A stretch of DNA of 64,000 bases from Thermofilaceae archaeon (lineage in GTDB: Archaea > Thermoproteota > Thermoprotei > Thermofilales > Thermofilaceae): contig JAWCCZ010000003.1 in NCBI GenBank assembly GCA_038861545.1, positions 96,001-160,000 of the forward strand, in the 5' to 3' direction. How positions within the stretch are numbered: the stretch's first letter is position 1; the number at the start of each line of letters is the position of its first letter. The notes under the pieces are model-generated. The model worked only from the letters and a program-made list of their open reading frames with translations, made no database searches and was not told the DNA's origin. The translations under genes were made by a program, and so were the position numbers. Of the stretch, positions 38,277 to 53,331 are shown piece after piece.

Positions 38277-38696
38277 GTGGAACAATGTCTAGAGTATAAC
38301 ATACTACTAGAACGAGCTTATAAAATGATACCTTCGAAAAGCATAGTGAGGGAGCGGTTCGAAGTAGAAGAACCCGAAGTGATGGTTACAGGAAAAAGAA
38401 CTTTTGTCTTAAACTTTAAGAAAATATGCGATGACATGAACAGAGAGCCAGAGATCCTTCTGAGGTACTTGCTGAAAGAGCTGGGAGCGTCGGGTAACCG
38501 AGAAGAAGATGTAGCAGTTATATATGGAGTATTTTCCTCTAAGATGATTAAGGAATTAATTAATTTGTTCTTGAAAAGCTACGTGTATTGTTCAGTATGT
38601 GGTAGTCCGGATACTATTCTAAGAAGAGAGGAAAGGAAACTGATGCAGTTAAAATGTATGGCATGCGGTGCTTTAACTCCAGTTAAACCATTTTAA
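38277..38696 (+). CDS. eif2b: Translation initiation factor 2 beta
   Basis: ERFEV, LLKELGASG, CSVCGSPDT, CMACGA. Confidence 0.95.
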   Translation: MEQCLEYNILLERAYKMIPSKSIVRERFEVEEPEVMVTGKRTFVLNFKKICDDMNREPEILLRYLLKELGASGNREEDVAVIYGVFSSKMIKELINLFLKSYVYCSVCGSPDTILRREERKLMQLKCMACGALTPVKPF

Positions 38697-38744
38697 CTTG
38701 GTATTGCAGGCGTAAAGGCTTTATTCATCCATAGTTAAACATAG

Positions 38745-39071
38745 ATGATGAACGAATTACCCAGCGACGCTGAAGTTCTCATGAACCGAATAATAGCTAA
38801 AGCGGCATGGCTCATGCATGAGGGACGTATAATTAAGATAAGCGATAAAATGTACTACGTGGTTGGGAGGAAAAACAGGCACATTGTTAGGGTGAATAAT
38901 GAAGAGCTTTCATGTACTTGCGATGGCTTCAAAGAGAGGAGCGTATGTTCGCATGTAATAGCTGTTTCGACAATAATTAAATTTGGTGGGGGGGAAGAAC
39001 GTTTTGATGAGTTCGTAAGGAATCGAGTATTGAGGGAGCTTAAGCTCCTGGGCCGACAACCTATAAGATGA
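38745..39071 (+). CDS. SWIM zinc-finger protein
   Basis: SCTCDGF...CSHVIAV. Confidence 0.85.
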   Translation: MMNELPSDAEVLMNRIIAKAAWLMHEGRIIKISDKMYYVVGRKNRHIVRVNNEELSCTCDGFKERSVCSHVIAVSTIIKFGGGEERFDEFVRNRVLRELKLLGRQPIR

Positions 39072-39166
39072 TCATAGAAGGTGCGAAATTATTTGACTAA
39101 TTTATCAGGGAACTCCTCAAACCCTATGCTGCGAAGAGCGCCAATGAGCTCACGCATCAAATATTT

Positions 39167-39221
39167 GGGTCTGACGGTTTGGTACACTTCATAGATCAGT
39201 TCACGGACGCTCGTCATCCCC
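39167..39221 (-). ncRNA. Candidate box C/D guide sRNA
   Basis: GGG-ATGACGA(C)-GCGTCCGTGAA-CTGA(D')-TCT-ATGAAGT(C')-GTACCAAACCGT-CAGA(D)-CCC; TTTTTAAAA about 25 nt upstream. Confidence 0.72.
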
Positions 39222-39428
39222 TAATTCTATACTTACATTACTATTTTAAAAATATTTATAGTGGTAGGATTATTAAGACCAGTAAACCCAATCAATGGTA
39301 ACTACGTGAAACATTTATATTTTCACCATAGTTTCCACGCTTGAAACTTTTAGCGCAACTTTACAGACTATTGTGAAAAATACTAGGGTAATCCTTAAAA
39401 CATCACATGTACTCCCCTCCCGAGAGGC

Positions 39429-41915
39429 ATGGCTAAGGATAAGGCAACGAAGATAATATTATGGTTCGAAGAGCTGACAAAAGAAGATGTCCCCCTAGTT
39501 GGTGGCAAATGTGCTAATTTAGGTGAAATGAGCAGAGCCGGTATACCTGTCCCACCAGGTTTCGCCGTTAGTGCTTATGCTTACAAACGTTTCATAGAGG
39601 AAACTGGTATCAAAGATAAGATACAGGATATTTTGAGAGAACGGGTAAGACCAGGCGCCTCCGCTCCAGAGGATTATATAGAAGCTAGCAAAGAAATTAG
39701 AAAATTGATAGAGAGCACATCCATGCCTAAAGATATTGAAAATGAGATAAAGAGAGCTTATAAGGAGCTCAGCAAGCGTGTAAGTAAAACTGAAGAGTTT
39801 GTAGCTGTACGAAGTAGCGCTACAGCAGAAGACTTACCCGATGCAAGTTTTGCAGGGCAGCAAGAAACGTATCTTAACGTGAAGGGAGAAGATGACGTTG
39901 TTGACAAGGTTAGGAGATGCTGGTCCAGTCTATTCACCCCTAGAGCCATATTTTACAGGGAAAGTAAAGGGTTCTCGCACGAGAAGGTTTTGATAAGCGT
40001 AGCTGTACAAAAGATGGTCAACTCCCGTGCGGCAGGAGTTATGTTTACAATACATCCGGTCACCGGAGAGCAAGATAAAATAGTAATCGAAGGGTCCTGG
40101 GGGCTTGGCGAGAGCGTCGTATCTGGGAAAGTCACTCCCGATGAGTGGGTTGTTGATAAAAATACATTAACCGTAGTCGACAGGAGAGTAGCTGAGAAAA
40201 ATTTTGAGATAGTAAGAGATAAGTTGACTGGCCGAAACTTAGAAAGGGAGGTTGAACCGGAACGAAGAACAAAACCGGTTTTAAACGATGAAGAGATACG
40301 TAAGTTAGCAGAGCTCGCTGTAAAAATCGAGAAGCACTATGGCAGACCAATGGATATAGAATGGGCCATCGATGGAGATTTAAAATTCCCTGAAAACGTG
40401 TTTATTGTCCAGGCGAGACCGGAAACCGTATGGAGTTCTAAGGGTATTGAAGCTGAACCAGCAGAGGCTAAAGGCGTAAGATTAGCTGAGGCTAAAGCAG
40501 TAATAAAAGGTCTTGCTGCCAGTCCCGGCGTAGCATTTGGCAAAGCTAAAGTTTGCTTAACCCTCGAAGATGCAAAGAACTTGATGCAGAAAGGGGATGT
40601 CTTAGTTACCAGGATGACCGATCCTGACTGGGTACCGTACATGAGGCTGGCGGCAGCGATTGTGACCGACGAGGGGGGTATGACTGCCCATGCGGCTATA
40701 GTTAGTAGAGAGCTTGGGATCCCGTGTATCGTAGGCACGCGTGAGGCAACTAAGTTAATGCAAACAGGGAATGAATACACAGTCGACGCCAGAGCTGGAG
40801 TTATTTACGAAGGGTATGTTGAGGATCTTTTAGGCAAGAAAGAAGAGAAACCAGCGGCTATAACGGCACCCTTAGAGCTTGTAGTAAAACCGGCTACTGC
40901 TACAAAGATCTACATGAACTTGGGAGTACCAGAAAAAATCACAGAGTATAAGAATTTGCCATTCGATGGCATTGGGTTAATGCGTGTTGAATTCATAATG
41001 GCCAGTTATGTTGGCGAACACCCATTATATTTGCTTGAAATTGGAAGGGGTGACACCTTAGTTAACAAGATGGCTGAGGGTATTGCAATGGTAGCTAGGG
41101 AAATATATCCTAGACCCATTGTCGTTAGGTTCAGTGACTTTAAGACCAACGAGTATAGGCAGTTAAAAGGAGGTGAAAAGTATGAACCGCATGAAGATAA
41201 TCCAATGCTGGGCTGGCGAGGAGTAAGCAGGTATATCAGCCCACAGTATGAGAAGGCTTTCAGGCTTGAAGTTCAAGCGATAAAGAAGGTTAGGGAGGAG
41301 ATGGGGCTCGGCAATGTATGGGTAATGGCACCCTTTGTGCGAACTCTCTGGGAAGCAGAAAAATTTGTAAAGCTTTTAGCTGAAGAGGGGCTTGAGAGTG
41401 GCCGAGACTTCAAGATATGGGCGATGGCAGAGGTCCCAAGCATAGTTTTCTTAGCCGAAGAGTTCTCTAGGTACTTTGACGGATTCAGTATAGGTAGCAA
41501 TGACCTTACACAGCTTACCTTAGGTACTGATAGGGACAGCGCTATTCTACCAAAAATTGATCCACGATACTTTGACGAGCGCGATCCAGCGGTTAGAACT
41601 GCTGTAGCTATGTTAATCGAAAAAGCTCACAATTCACCGTATGGCTATAGGACAGTGAGCATTTGTGGCCAAGCGCCTAGCGTTTATCCAGAATTCACAG
41701 AGTTCTTAGTTCGAAGCGGGATCGATAGCGTAAGTGTAAACCCTGATGTTGTAGCTAGAACTAGAGAGCTTGTATCCTCTATTGAACGCAGAATAATGCT
41801 TGAAAAACTGCTTGGTATTGAACACTGTGACGACGATCTAGGTTGGCCTATGAGACGCCCTAAGAAAGGTCTGCCGAACGTTTGGGCACGCCGGGTCGAT
41901 GAATTAAACCTATAG
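39429..41915 (+). CDS. ppsA: Phosphoenolpyruvate synthase
   Basis: VGGKCANLGE, AVRSSATAED, TAHAAIVSRE, NPMLGWRG, SIGSNDL, SICGQ. Confidence 0.97.
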   Translation: MAKDKATKIILWFEELTKEDVPLVGGKCANLGEMSRAGIPVPPGFAVSAYAYKRFIEETGIKDKIQDILRERVRPGASAPEDYIEASKEIRKLIESTSMPKDIENEIKRAYKELSKRVSKTEEFVAVRSSATAEDLPDASFAGQQETYLNVKGEDDVVDKVRRCWSSLFTPRAIFYRESKGFSHEKVLISVAVQKMVNSRAAGVMFTIHPVTGEQDKIVIEGSWGLGESVVSGKVTPDEWVVDKNTLTVVDRRVAEKNFEIVRDKLTGRNLEREVEPERRTKPVLNDEEIRKLAELAVKIEKHYGRPMDIEWAIDGDLKFPENVFIVQARPETVWSSKGIEAEPAEAKGVRLAEAKAVIKGLAASPGVAFGKAKVCLTLEDAKNLMQKGDVLVTRMTDPDWVPYMRLAAAIVTDEGGMTAHAAIVSRELGIPCIVGTREATKLMQTGNEYTVDARAGVIYEGYVEDLLGKKEEKPAAITAPLELVVKPATATKIYMNLGVPEKITEYKNLPFDGIGLMRVEFIMASYVGEHPLYLLEIGRGDTLVNKMAEGIAMVAREIYPRPIVVRFSDFKTNEYRQLKGGEKYEPHEDNPMLGWRGVSRYISPQYEKAFRLEVQAIKKVREEMGLGNVWVMAPFVRTLWEAEKFVKLLAEEGLESGRDFKIWAMAEVPSIVFLAEEFSRYFDGFSIGSNDLTQLTLGTDRDSAILPKIDPRYFDERDPAVRTAVAMLIEKAHNSPYGYRTVSICGQAPSVYPEFTEFLVRSGIDSVSVNPDVVARTRELVSSIERRIMLEKLLGIEHCDDDLGWPMRRPKKGLPNVWARRVDELNL

Positions 41916-42051
41916 CAACGATAAGCATTAATCTTTTTTATTACTTTACTAACCCTGACAGTTTTTACTAATGATTAAATTGAACTCAGGTAAAGACCCC
42001 TTTTAAAAATAACACAAACTTTATGTATGATATCCACTCCAGCCTTTAGGC

Positions 42052-42294
42052 ATGTCACGTAGAATTAATATTTTAGAACATGAACTTGTACCGCAGCATA
42101 TCCTCCTCAGCGAAGAGGAGGCCTCTAAAATTTTGAAAAGAATAGGTGTGTCCAGACGGCAGTTACCATGGATCCTTGCCTCGGATCCTGTGGCCAAAGC
42201 CATCGGTGCAAAACCGGGCGATGTAGTCATGATCATTAGAAAGAGTCCGACGGCAGGAGTATCAGTTGCTTTAAGATACGTGACCAGAGGGTGA
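42052..42294 (+). CDS. rpoH: RNA polymerase subunit H (Rpo5)
   Basis: HELVPQH, LPWI, SDPV, RKSPTAG. Confidence 0.97.
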   Translation: MSRRINILEHELVPQHILLSEEEASKILKRIGVSRRQLPWILASDPVAKAIGAKPGDVVMIIRKSPTAGVSVALRYVTRG

Positions 42295-45200
42295 TTCGAA
42301 TGAGTTGGAGATATTCAAGGGATGATGCTTGGTTGTTAGTTCAAGCTTTTATTAAGGAGCATGGTTTAGTAAGGCAGCACCTGGATTCGTACAATAAATT
42401 TGTAGAGAAAACCTTACAAGAAATAGTAAATGAGGCGGGACCCGTAGAGTCCGGCATTCCCGGGCTAGTTATCGGTTTAGAGAAGATATCGGTGGAGAAT
42501 CCCAGGGTCAAGGAGGCGGACGGATCTGAAAGCTCGATCATGCCGATGGAGACAAGAATTAGGAACTTGACTTATGCTGCACCCATTTTTCTAGAAATGA
42601 CTCTTATTGAAGACGGTGAAGAAAAAGATAGAGCAAAGGTATACATCGGCGATCTTCCGATTATGGTCAAATCAGTGAAATGCCCTCTATCTAAAATGAG
42701 TGAGGAAGAGCAAGTAAAAGTTGGCGAGGATCCTCGGGATCCCGGTGGCTATTTTATTATTAATGGATCAGAAAGGGTCCTAATAGTACAAGAAGATTTG
42801 GCTGTAAACAAGGTTCTGGTAGACTATGGACCTAGCGGCAGCTCAGTAACTCATGTCGCCAAGGTTTTTTCGTCGACAGCTGCATACAGAGTACCCATAA
42901 CTGTTGAGAGAACCAAGGATGGACAATTATACGTGACTTTCCCAGCAATTCCGACAAGGATTCCGATAATGGTGATGATGCGTGCTCTTGGATTGGAAAG
43001 TGACAAGGAGATAGTTAATGCAATTACTGATGACCCAGATATTTTAAACGAGTTGTATCCAACCCTTATCGAGCAAAGCAGGATCACCCCCTCAGTAGAC
43101 GAGGCATTAGATTACCTAGGCGCCAGAGTTGCCGTTGGTCAACCTAAGGAGGTGAGGGTTGAACGGGCGCAGCAAGTAATAGACCAGTATTTCCTTCCTC
43201 ACATAGGTTTAAAGCCGGAAAATAGAGTGGATAAAGCGTACTTTTTAGGTCAAATGGTTGAAAAGTTAATTGAATTAGCTCTCGGGAGAAGAGGTCCAGA
43301 TGATAAAGATCACTTAGCGAATAAGAGGTTCAAACTAGCGGGAGATTTAATGGCTTCCGTCTTTCGTCAAGCTTTTAGGCAATTCGTTAGAGACTTAAAA
43401 TATCAACTCGAGAAAAATCGAAGCAAAAGCAGGGAAGTTAACCTACACACGCTTGCAAGAGCTGACGTGATAACAGACAAGCTTCGAAACGCGTTGGCTA
43501 CAGGCAATTGGCCTGGTGGACGTACGGGCGTTAGTCAGATCTTGGACCGAACGAACTACTTGTCTACTATTAGTCATCTCAGACGAGTTGTTTCACCCCT
43601 CAGCCGAACGCAGCCCCATTTCGAAGCTAGAGAGTTGCACGCGACTCAGTGGGGCATGCTGTGTCCAGTGGAGAGCCCTGAGGGACAGAACTGTGGTCTA
43701 GTGAAGAATTTAGCTTTGCTTGCCATGATATCGATAGGAATTGATGAGAAAGATGTATATGAGCTGCTTGTATATAGGCTTGGAGTTGTTCCAATAAAGG
43801 AGGCCAGAGAGAGAGACGTTAAAGGTAGTAAGGTATTTCTGAACATGAGGCTTATAGGCATTCATGAAGATGGAGCTGAGTTAGTGAAGGTTTTAAGGGA
43901 ACTAAGAAGGCAGGGCAAGTTACACCACGAAGTTAATATAGCCCATTACAGAAGCGAACATATAGACGAGGTTTACGTTAACTGCGATAGTGGCAGAATA
44001 CGAAGACCTCTACTAGTTGTTGAAAACGACGAGTTAAAATTAAAGCCTGTACATCTAGCGAAGCTACGCAATGGAGAATGGGGCTGGAGTGATTTAATCA
44101 GAAAAGGAATTGTTGAATACCTGGATTCAGAAGAGGAAGAAAATGCACTTATCGCGGAAAATGTCGACTCTATAACACCAGAGATAACCCATGCTGAAAT
44201 AACGCCTGCCGCTATATTAGGAGTGATCGCCTCTGTGATACCTTATCCTGAGTATAATCAGTCACCGCGCAATAGTTATGAAGCTGCTATGGCGAAACAA
44301 GCGCTTGGTTTCCCTGCAGCCAACTTTATTCATAGAATGGATCCTCGTATGCACTTTTTACACTATCCACAGAAACCGTTGGTGAGGACCAAGGTATTTG
44401 ATTTAGTTAACTTGGATGATAGGCCCTTCGGACAAAATGTTATAGTAGCGGTCTTAACCGGTGGTGGGTACAACATTCAGGATGCCGTAGTGATGAACAA
44501 GGCTTCGATAGAAAGAGGATTAGCGCGTTCCACTTTCTTCAGGACCTACGAGGCTGTAGAAGTTAAATACCCCGGAGGTCAGGAAGATAAAATTGAAGTA
44601 CCCTCTGAAGATGTAATGGGTTATAGGTCTAAAGACTCATATTTGAAATTAGATCCGAGAGATGGTATTGCTTTTCCCGAGTCGGAAGTAAAAGGCGGCG
44701 AGGTTATCATAGGTAAAACAAGCCCACCACGCTTTATGAGCAGTTTCTTTGACTACCGGGCAACTACAAAAAGAAGGGATACCTCCGTCAGTATTAGGCT
44801 CAACGAATCTGGCATTGTCGACAGGGTCACAATAGCAGAAGACGTTGATGGGAATCGATTAGTGAAAGTTAGGGTTAGAGATCCTAGGCCTCCTGAGCTA
44901 GGCGATAAATTTGCATCACGGCACGGCCAGAAAGGAGTAGTGGGTTTAATTTTGCCAGCAGAAGATATGCCGTTTACAGAGGAGGGCATTGTTCCAGATG
45001 TCTTGATAAATCCACACGCTATTCCTTCTCGAATGACTGTAGGACAGTTATTGGAATCGATAGCTGGAAAAGTCGCGTCTTTAACTGATACCAGCATTGA
45101 TGCAACTGCTTTTGAAGGTACTCCGGAGGAGCAGCTTCGAGAGATGCTTCAAAAGCTTGGGTTTAGAAGCGATGGTAAAGAAGTACTCTATAGTGGAATT

Positions 45201-45647
45201 ACTGGTGAGCGACTAGAGGCCGAGGTATTTATCGGAATAACCTACTACCAGAAGCTCCATCATATGGTTGCGGATAAAATCCATGCGAGAGCTAGGGGGC
45301 GCGTTCAGATACTTACTAGACAGCCGACAGAGGGAAGGGCTAGAGAAGGTGGATTAAGGTTTGGTGAGATGGAGAAAGATTGCTTAATTGGGCACGGAGC
45401 CTCAATCCTGTTGAGAGAACGGCTTTTCGAATCGTCAGATAAAACTCTAATCTTTGTCTGTAATAGGTGTGGTTTCTTAGGATGGTATGATGCCAGGCGG
45501 AATGAGTACATTTGCCCAGTATGTGGTGATCGTGGTGAACTTAACCCGGTTTATGTTTCCTATGCCTTTAAGCTTCTATTACAAGAACTCTTAAGTTTGG
45601 GAATAGCACCTAAGGTAATTCTAGAAGATAAGGTTGGGGTGGTGTAA
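42291..45647 (+). CDS. rpoB: RNA polymerase subunit B (Rpo2, unsplit)
   Basis: [32 protein letters not shown]. Confidence 0.98.
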   Translation: MIRMSWRYSRDDAWLLVQAFIKEHGLVRQHLDSYNKFVEKTLQEIVNEAGPVESGIPGLVIGLEKISVENPRVKEADGSESSIMPMETRIRNLTYAAPIFLEMTLIEDGEEKDRAKVYIGDLPIMVKSVKCPLSKMSEEEQVKVGEDPRDPGGYFIINGSERVLIVQEDLAVNKVLVDYGPSGSSVTHVAKVFSSTAAYRVPITVERTKDGQLYVTFPAIPTRIPIMVMMRALGLESDKEIVNAITDDPDILNELYPTLIEQSRITPSVDEALDYLGARVAVGQPKEVRVERAQQVIDQYFLPHIGLKPENRVDKAYFLGQMVEKLIELALGRRGPDDKDHLANKRFKLAGDLMASVFRQAFRQFVRDLKYQLEKNRSKSREVNLHTLARADVITDKLRNALATGNWPGGRTGVSQILDRTNYLSTISHLRRVVSPLSRTQPHFEARELHATQWGMLCPVESPEGQNCGLVKNLALLAMISIGIDEKDVYELLVYRLGVVPIKEARERDVKGSKVFLNMRLIGIHEDGAELVKVLRELRRQGKLHHEVNIAHYRSEHIDEVYVNCDSGRIRRPLLVVENDELKLKPVHLAKLRNGEWGWSDLIRKGIVEYLDSEEEENALIAENVDSITPEITHAEITPAAILGVIASVIPYPEYNQSPRNSYEAAMAKQALGFPAANFIHRMDPRMHFLHYPQKPLVRTKVFDLVNLDDRPFGQNVIVAVLTGGGYNIQDAVVMNKASIERGLARSTFFRTYEAVEVKYPGGQEDKIEVPSEDVMGYRSKDSYLKLDPRDGIAFPESEVKGGEVIIGKTSPPRFMSSFFDYRATTKRRDTSVSIRLNESGIVDRVTIAEDVDGNRLVKVRVRDPRPPELGDKFASRHGQKGVVGLILPAEDMPFTEEGIVPDVLINPHAIPSRMTVGQLLESIAGKVASLTDTSIDATAFEGTPEEQLREMLQKLGFRSDGKEVLYSGITGERLEAEVFIGITYYQKLHHMVADKIHARARGRVQILTRQPTEGRAREGGLRFGEMEKDCLIGHGASILLRERLFESSDKTLIFVCNRCGFLGWYDARRNEYICPVCGDRGELNPVYVSYAFKLLLQELLSLGIAPKVILEDKVGVV

Positions 45648-45649
45648 AT

Positions 45650-49524
<3,875 letters not shown>

Positions 49525-49534
49525 AGGGATGACG

Positions 49535-49547
49535 CGGTAAATTTATA
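49535..49547 (+). promoter_or_regulatory. Internal BRE/TATA promoter before rpl30e
   Basis: CGGTAAATTTATA; third copy of the motif. Confidence 0.5.
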
Positions 49548-49619
49548 GCTAATGAATTAGTAGGGGTTCTGCAGCAAAAGTATGTTGAACACGGTTGAAT
49601 CAGCGCTCTGGTGGTCAAT

Positions 49620-49925
49620 ATGGATATAGTTCGTGAAATACAGGCGGCAATCAAAACAGGTAAAGTATTATTCGGTTACAGGCAAACGCTAAAATCCATC
49701 GTCAATAACCAAGTGAAACTGACAGTAATTTCATCAAATGTGCCGGAGCAAATTCGTAGGGATATTACAAAACTCTGTAAATTATCAGGTATACCCATAT
49801 ACGAGTTCCCTGGAACTTCCTGGGATCTCGGAGCAGTATGTAATAAACCCTTCATGGTAACCACATTGGCAGTTCTAGATCCAGGCGCAAGCGGTATCAT
49901 TGAGCTAGCTAAAGGTGCTCAGTGA
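49620..49925 (+). CDS. rpl30e: 50S ribosomal protein L30e
   Basis: KTGKVLFG, LGAVCNKPF, DPGAS; GGTGG RBS before ATG 49620. Confidence 0.95.
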   Translation: MDIVREIQAAIKTGKVLFGYRQTLKSIVNNQVKLTVISSNVPEQIRRDITKLCKLSGIPIYEFPGTSWDLGAVCNKPFMVTTLAVLDPGASGIIELAKGAQ

Positions 49926-50360
49926 ATGGCTGGTGTTAAATTGACAGAAAACGAGCTGCAACATATATCGATATTTGAAGCGATAACACAAGTAGAAGCA
50001 CTAGATTGCATATTGGACGAAGATGATAATAGGGTTATATTCGTAGTGCGCAAGGGAACAGCTGGAAAAGCAATAGGCAGCAATGGAACCAATGTTAGAA
50101 CGCTCAGGCAAGTCTTGCGCAGAGAAATTGATATAGTAGAGAAAGGGGAAACGCTGGAGGAGCTGGTTTCTTCGGCCCTTTTCCCTGCTGCTATTAGATC
50201 AATTGAGGTTAAAAAAGATAATAATGGTAGAAGTTCTATATTAGTCGAGGTACCTTTCGACCAGAAAGGCTTAGCGATAGGAAAGGGTGGAAGGAATGTG
50301 CGAAGGGCAAAACTACTTATTAAGAGATACTTCGGCATCGACAACTTAGTACTTAAATAG
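49926..50360 (+). CDS. nusA: Archaeal NusA (two KH domains)
   Basis: GKAIGSNG, GLAIGKGGRN. Confidence 0.95.
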   Translation: MAGVKLTENELQHISIFEAITQVEALDCILDEDDNRVIFVVRKGTAGKAIGSNGTNVRTLRQVLRREIDIVEKGETLEELVSSALFPAAIRSIEVKKDNNGRSSILVEVPFDQKGLAIGKGGRNVRRAKLLIKRYFGIDNLVLK

Positions 50361-50481
50361 AAAACCTGACTAATTTTATCTATCTGTCACTAATTTAGTG
50401 GTCAGAAGGGTTCAGCTTGGAATTTTAATTACCGTACCCAGGCTAAAATTTTTATCCTAGCAAGTCTCTGCCGGGCAGGCT

Positions 50482-50925
50482 ATGCCAGGTTCGAAATCAC
50501 CCAAAGGAATGTTCGCGGCTAGAAGGCTGGTTTCAAAGAGAAAAAAGTTCAGATGGAGCGATGCTAACTATAAGACTAGGATGTTAAATCTTAGGAAGCG
50601 CTTCGACCCCCTTGAAGGTGCACCCATGGCAAGAGGAATCGTGTTGGAAAAAGTAGGAGTTGAAAGTAGGCAACCGAATAGCGCGGTTCGTAAATGCGTT
50701 AGAGTTCAATTAATAAAGAATGGGAAGGTTGTAACTGCATTTCTTCCAGGTGACGGGTCATTACTTTTTGTGAACGAACACGATGAAGTAGTTATAGAAA
50801 GGATAGGAGGACCTGAGGGGAAGGCCTATGGCGATCTTCCTGGCGTTAGATTTAAAGTAACTAAAGTTAACGGAGTTTCATTGATAGAGATACTTCGGGG
50901 GAAGAAACAAAAGCCAGTACGTTAA
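50482..50925 (+). CDS. rps12: 30S ribosomal protein S12 (uS12)
   Basis: [24 protein letters not shown]. Confidence 0.97.
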   Translation: MPGSKSPKGMFAARRLVSKRKKFRWSDANYKTRMLNLRKRFDPLEGAPMARGIVLEKVGVESRQPNSAVRKCVRVQLIKNGKVVTAFLPGDGSLLFVNEHDEVVIERIGGPEGKAYGDLPGVRFKVTKVNGVSLIEILRGKKQKPVR

Positions 50926-50939
50926 TTGGGGGCTTTACC

Positions 50940-51794
50940 TTGAGTAGAATTGAAATGAGTTTCCGAAGGCTGGAGGAAAATTATGCAGAATTTATAGTGG
51001 AAGGTATTACCCCAGCGATAGCGAACGCCATTAGAAGGACCATAATATCGGATGTGCCGACATTGGCGATAGACGAAGTTGCAATTGTTGAGAATTCTTC
51101 CGTACTTTTTGACGAAATTATTGCCCATAGATTAGGGTTAATCCCCTTAAAAGTCGACGTCGAAACCTATGACGTTTTGCTTGAATGCTATGAAGAAGGT
51201 AGGGCAGATGACTGTGTCGCCACGCTAGCATTAGAAGTGGAAGCTGAGAAGCCCGGGACAGTGTACTCAGGACACTTGAATTTCACCGGTTTTATAGGAG
51301 AGTTTGCACGATTGACTCCTATAGAGGTGAAACCTGTATCCGATTTAGTGCCTATTGTAAAGCTCGCAGCTGGACAGAAGCTTGTATTAGAGGCTTACGC
51401 TAAAATTGGTATAGGTAAGGAGCATGCGAAATGGCAGCCTGTATCCGTTGCTGCGTATAAATACTACCCTGAGATCAGAGTAATTAAAAGAGAGTGTGGC
51501 GAGGAAGGTAAAAAGTGTGCGGATGCATGTCCAAGAGGTATATTGAAGTGGAGCAACGGGAGACTTGATGTAATTTCTGAAAAAGTGGAAGAATGCACAA
51601 TGTGCAGAGCTTGCGAAGAAGCATGTTCCGAAGTAATCAAGATTTCCTGGGATGACAGTAAATTTATATTTAGAGTTGAAGGTTTAGGCATGATTCCACT
51701 AGCTAAGGTTATTGAAACTGCTTTAAAGAGACTGATTAGAAGAGTGAACTCCTTCATGGAGGAGTTAGAGAAGACCATTCAAACTCAATCATAG
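50940..51794 (+). CDS. rpoD: RNA polymerase subunit D (Rpo3) with ferredoxin-like FeS domain
   Basis: ANAIRR, DEIIAHRLGLIP, EHAKW; CADACP and CTMCRACEEAC. Confidence 0.96.
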   Translation: MSRIEMSFRRLEENYAEFIVEGITPAIANAIRRTIISDVPTLAIDEVAIVENSSVLFDEIIAHRLGLIPLKVDVETYDVLLECYEEGRADDCVATLALEVEAEKPGTVYSGHLNFTGFIGEFARLTPIEVKPVSDLVPIVKLAAGQKLVLEAYAKIGIGKEHAKWQPVSVAAYKYYPEIRVIKRECGEEGKKCADACPRGILKWSNGRLDVISEKVEECTMCRACEEACSEVIKISWDDSKFIFRVEGLGMIPLAKVIETALKRLIRRVNSFMEELEKTIQTQS

Positions 51795-51836
51795 GGTAAG
51801 AAAATTTTTAATCATAGAATCAATGATGGGCGAGTT

Positions 51837-52199
51837 ATGAGAAGGACAGGACCAACGAATGCTTACTTAAGAAGGCTAATAGGGTATCTAAGGAAGAAAG
51901 CAAGGGAGAATGAAGCTCCAATATGGTATACAGTGGCCGAGAATTTAGAGAAACCGGCTAGAATCAGGCCAGAGGTAAATGTTAGCAGAATCAACAGGTA
52001 CACGTCACCCGGCGATATTGTAGTAGTACCTGGTAAAGTGTTGGGTAGTGGAGTACTTAAACACCAAGTTGTTATAGCAGCTTTCTCATTTACTAAAAAA
52101 GCTCGCGAAAAAATTGAAAACGCTGGGGGTAAAGTATTAACTATTCCACAATTGATCAAAGAGAATCCAAGGGGTAAAGGTGTGCGTATAGTGTGCTAG
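51837..52199 (+). CDS. rpl18e: 50S ribosomal protein L18e
   Basis: VNVSRI, VVPGKVLGSG, NPRG. Confidence 0.96.
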   Translation: MRRTGPTNAYLRRLIGYLRKKARENEAPIWYTVAENLEKPARIRPEVNVSRINRYTSPGDIVVVPGKVLGSGVLKHQVVIAAFSFTKKAREKIENAGGKVLTIPQLIKENPRGKGVRIVC

Positions 52200-52257
52200 C
52201 CGTAAAATTAAAAACACCGGTGTATAGCGCCAACTGAAAGTTACATGGTGGCTAGTA

Positions 52258-52701
52258 ATGGATAAAGTGCTAGTAGTTGATGCAACCGGTTTAATAGCTG
52301 GTAGGTTGGCTAGCATAGTTGCTAAGAGATTGCTGAGAGGGGAGAGTGTGATCATAATAAATGCGGAAAAGGCTATAATAACTGGTAAAAGGGAGAGAAT
52401 AAGGGATTGGTACTTGAAGAGAGTATCGGAATGGAAGACGCACTTTAACCCGGAAAAGAAGGGGCCTAAAATTCCTAAAAGGCCAGATTTAATTATGAAA
52501 AGAATGATAAGGAACATGCTTCCATACAAGAAGCCCAAGGGTAGAGAGGCGTTTAAAAGGTTACGAGTATTCATTGGTACACCACCAGAGTTAGCAGATA
52601 TCACCAAATGGATACCTGAGGAAGCCAGGCTTCAAAATACCACTGTAGACTTCATTACTTTAATGGAACTTGCTAAGGCTGTGGGTGGTAAGGTTGGTTA
52701 G
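52258..52701 (+). CDS. rpl13: 50S ribosomal protein L13 (uL13)
   Basis: GRLASIVAK, NAEKAIITG, MLPYK. Confidence 0.96.
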   Translation: MDKVLVVDATGLIAGRLASIVAKRLLRGESVIIINAEKAIITGKRERIRDWYLKRVSEWKTHFNPEKKGPKIPKRPDLIMKRMIRNMLPYKKPKGREAFKRLRVFIGTPPELADITKWIPEEARLQNTTVDFITLMELAKAVGGKVG

Positions 52702-53098
52702 AGTAGTAGTGGTTTCCGCTAGGAGGAAGACCGCTAGATCCAGGGTAATAGTCAGGGAAGGCAAGGGTCGAGTATTAATTAATGGCATCCCGCTAGAAGT
52801 ATTGGAGCCGGAAATCATTCGATATAAAATCTATGAGCCTGTGTACCTTGCTGGGAACGAAGTTATAAGTAAGGTTGACATATTCGCCGAAACCGAGGGG
52901 GGTGGGCTTATGGGACAAGCTTCCGCTATACGTACCGCTATAGCTCAGGCACTTGTTGAGTGGACAGGATCAGAGGTGCTTAAAGAACTTTACAGCAAGT
53001 ATGATAGACGCTTGCTAGTGGAAGATCCTAGGCAGACAGAACCAAAGAAGCCAGGTGGTAGATCTGCTAGGGCCAAGAGGCAAAAAAGTTATAGATGA
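52694..53098 (+). CDS. rps9: 30S ribosomal protein S9 (uS9)
   Basis: RRKTA, GGGLMGQA, ARAKRQKSYR; TTG start after GGTGG. Confidence 0.96.
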   Translation: MVRVVVVSARRKTARSRVIVREGKGRVLINGIPLEVLEPEIIRYKIYEPVYLAGNEVISKVDIFAETEGGGLMGQASAIRTAIAQALVEWTGSEVLKELYSKYDRRLLVEDPRQTEPKKPGGRSARAKRQKSYR

Positions 53099-53108
53099 TT
53101 ATAAATTC

Positions 53109-53309
53109 TTAACCATAAGTTTCATATTTTAATACTTCATCTATTAATTCCACGTGAGAAAGCAACATTCTCCTACAACAATAGCGTTTAATATTAAGTT
53201 CGTCGAGAATTTTGCTGGGGTTCTCTCCTCTTTTTACACGTTCAGAGAATCTCTGCCACTTATCACCTATTAGCGCACCACATGTAAAGCATCTAACCGG
53301 TATAATCAC
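53109..53309 (-). CDS. rpoN: RNA polymerase subunit N (Rpo10)
   Basis: [16 protein letters not shown]. Confidence 0.97.
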   Translation of the reverse strand: MIIPVRCFTCGALIGDKWQRFSERVKRGENPSKILDELNIKRYCCRRMLLSHVELIDEVLKYETYG

Positions 53310-53331
53310 GTGAACCCATGAAAAATTATAG

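Noticed and set aside
49525-49575. ATGACGC...CTAA...CTGC as a C/D sRNA between rpoA2 and rpl30e
   Set aside because: D boxes are poor and there is no terminal stem; better explained by the recurring CGGTAAATTTA promoter motif.
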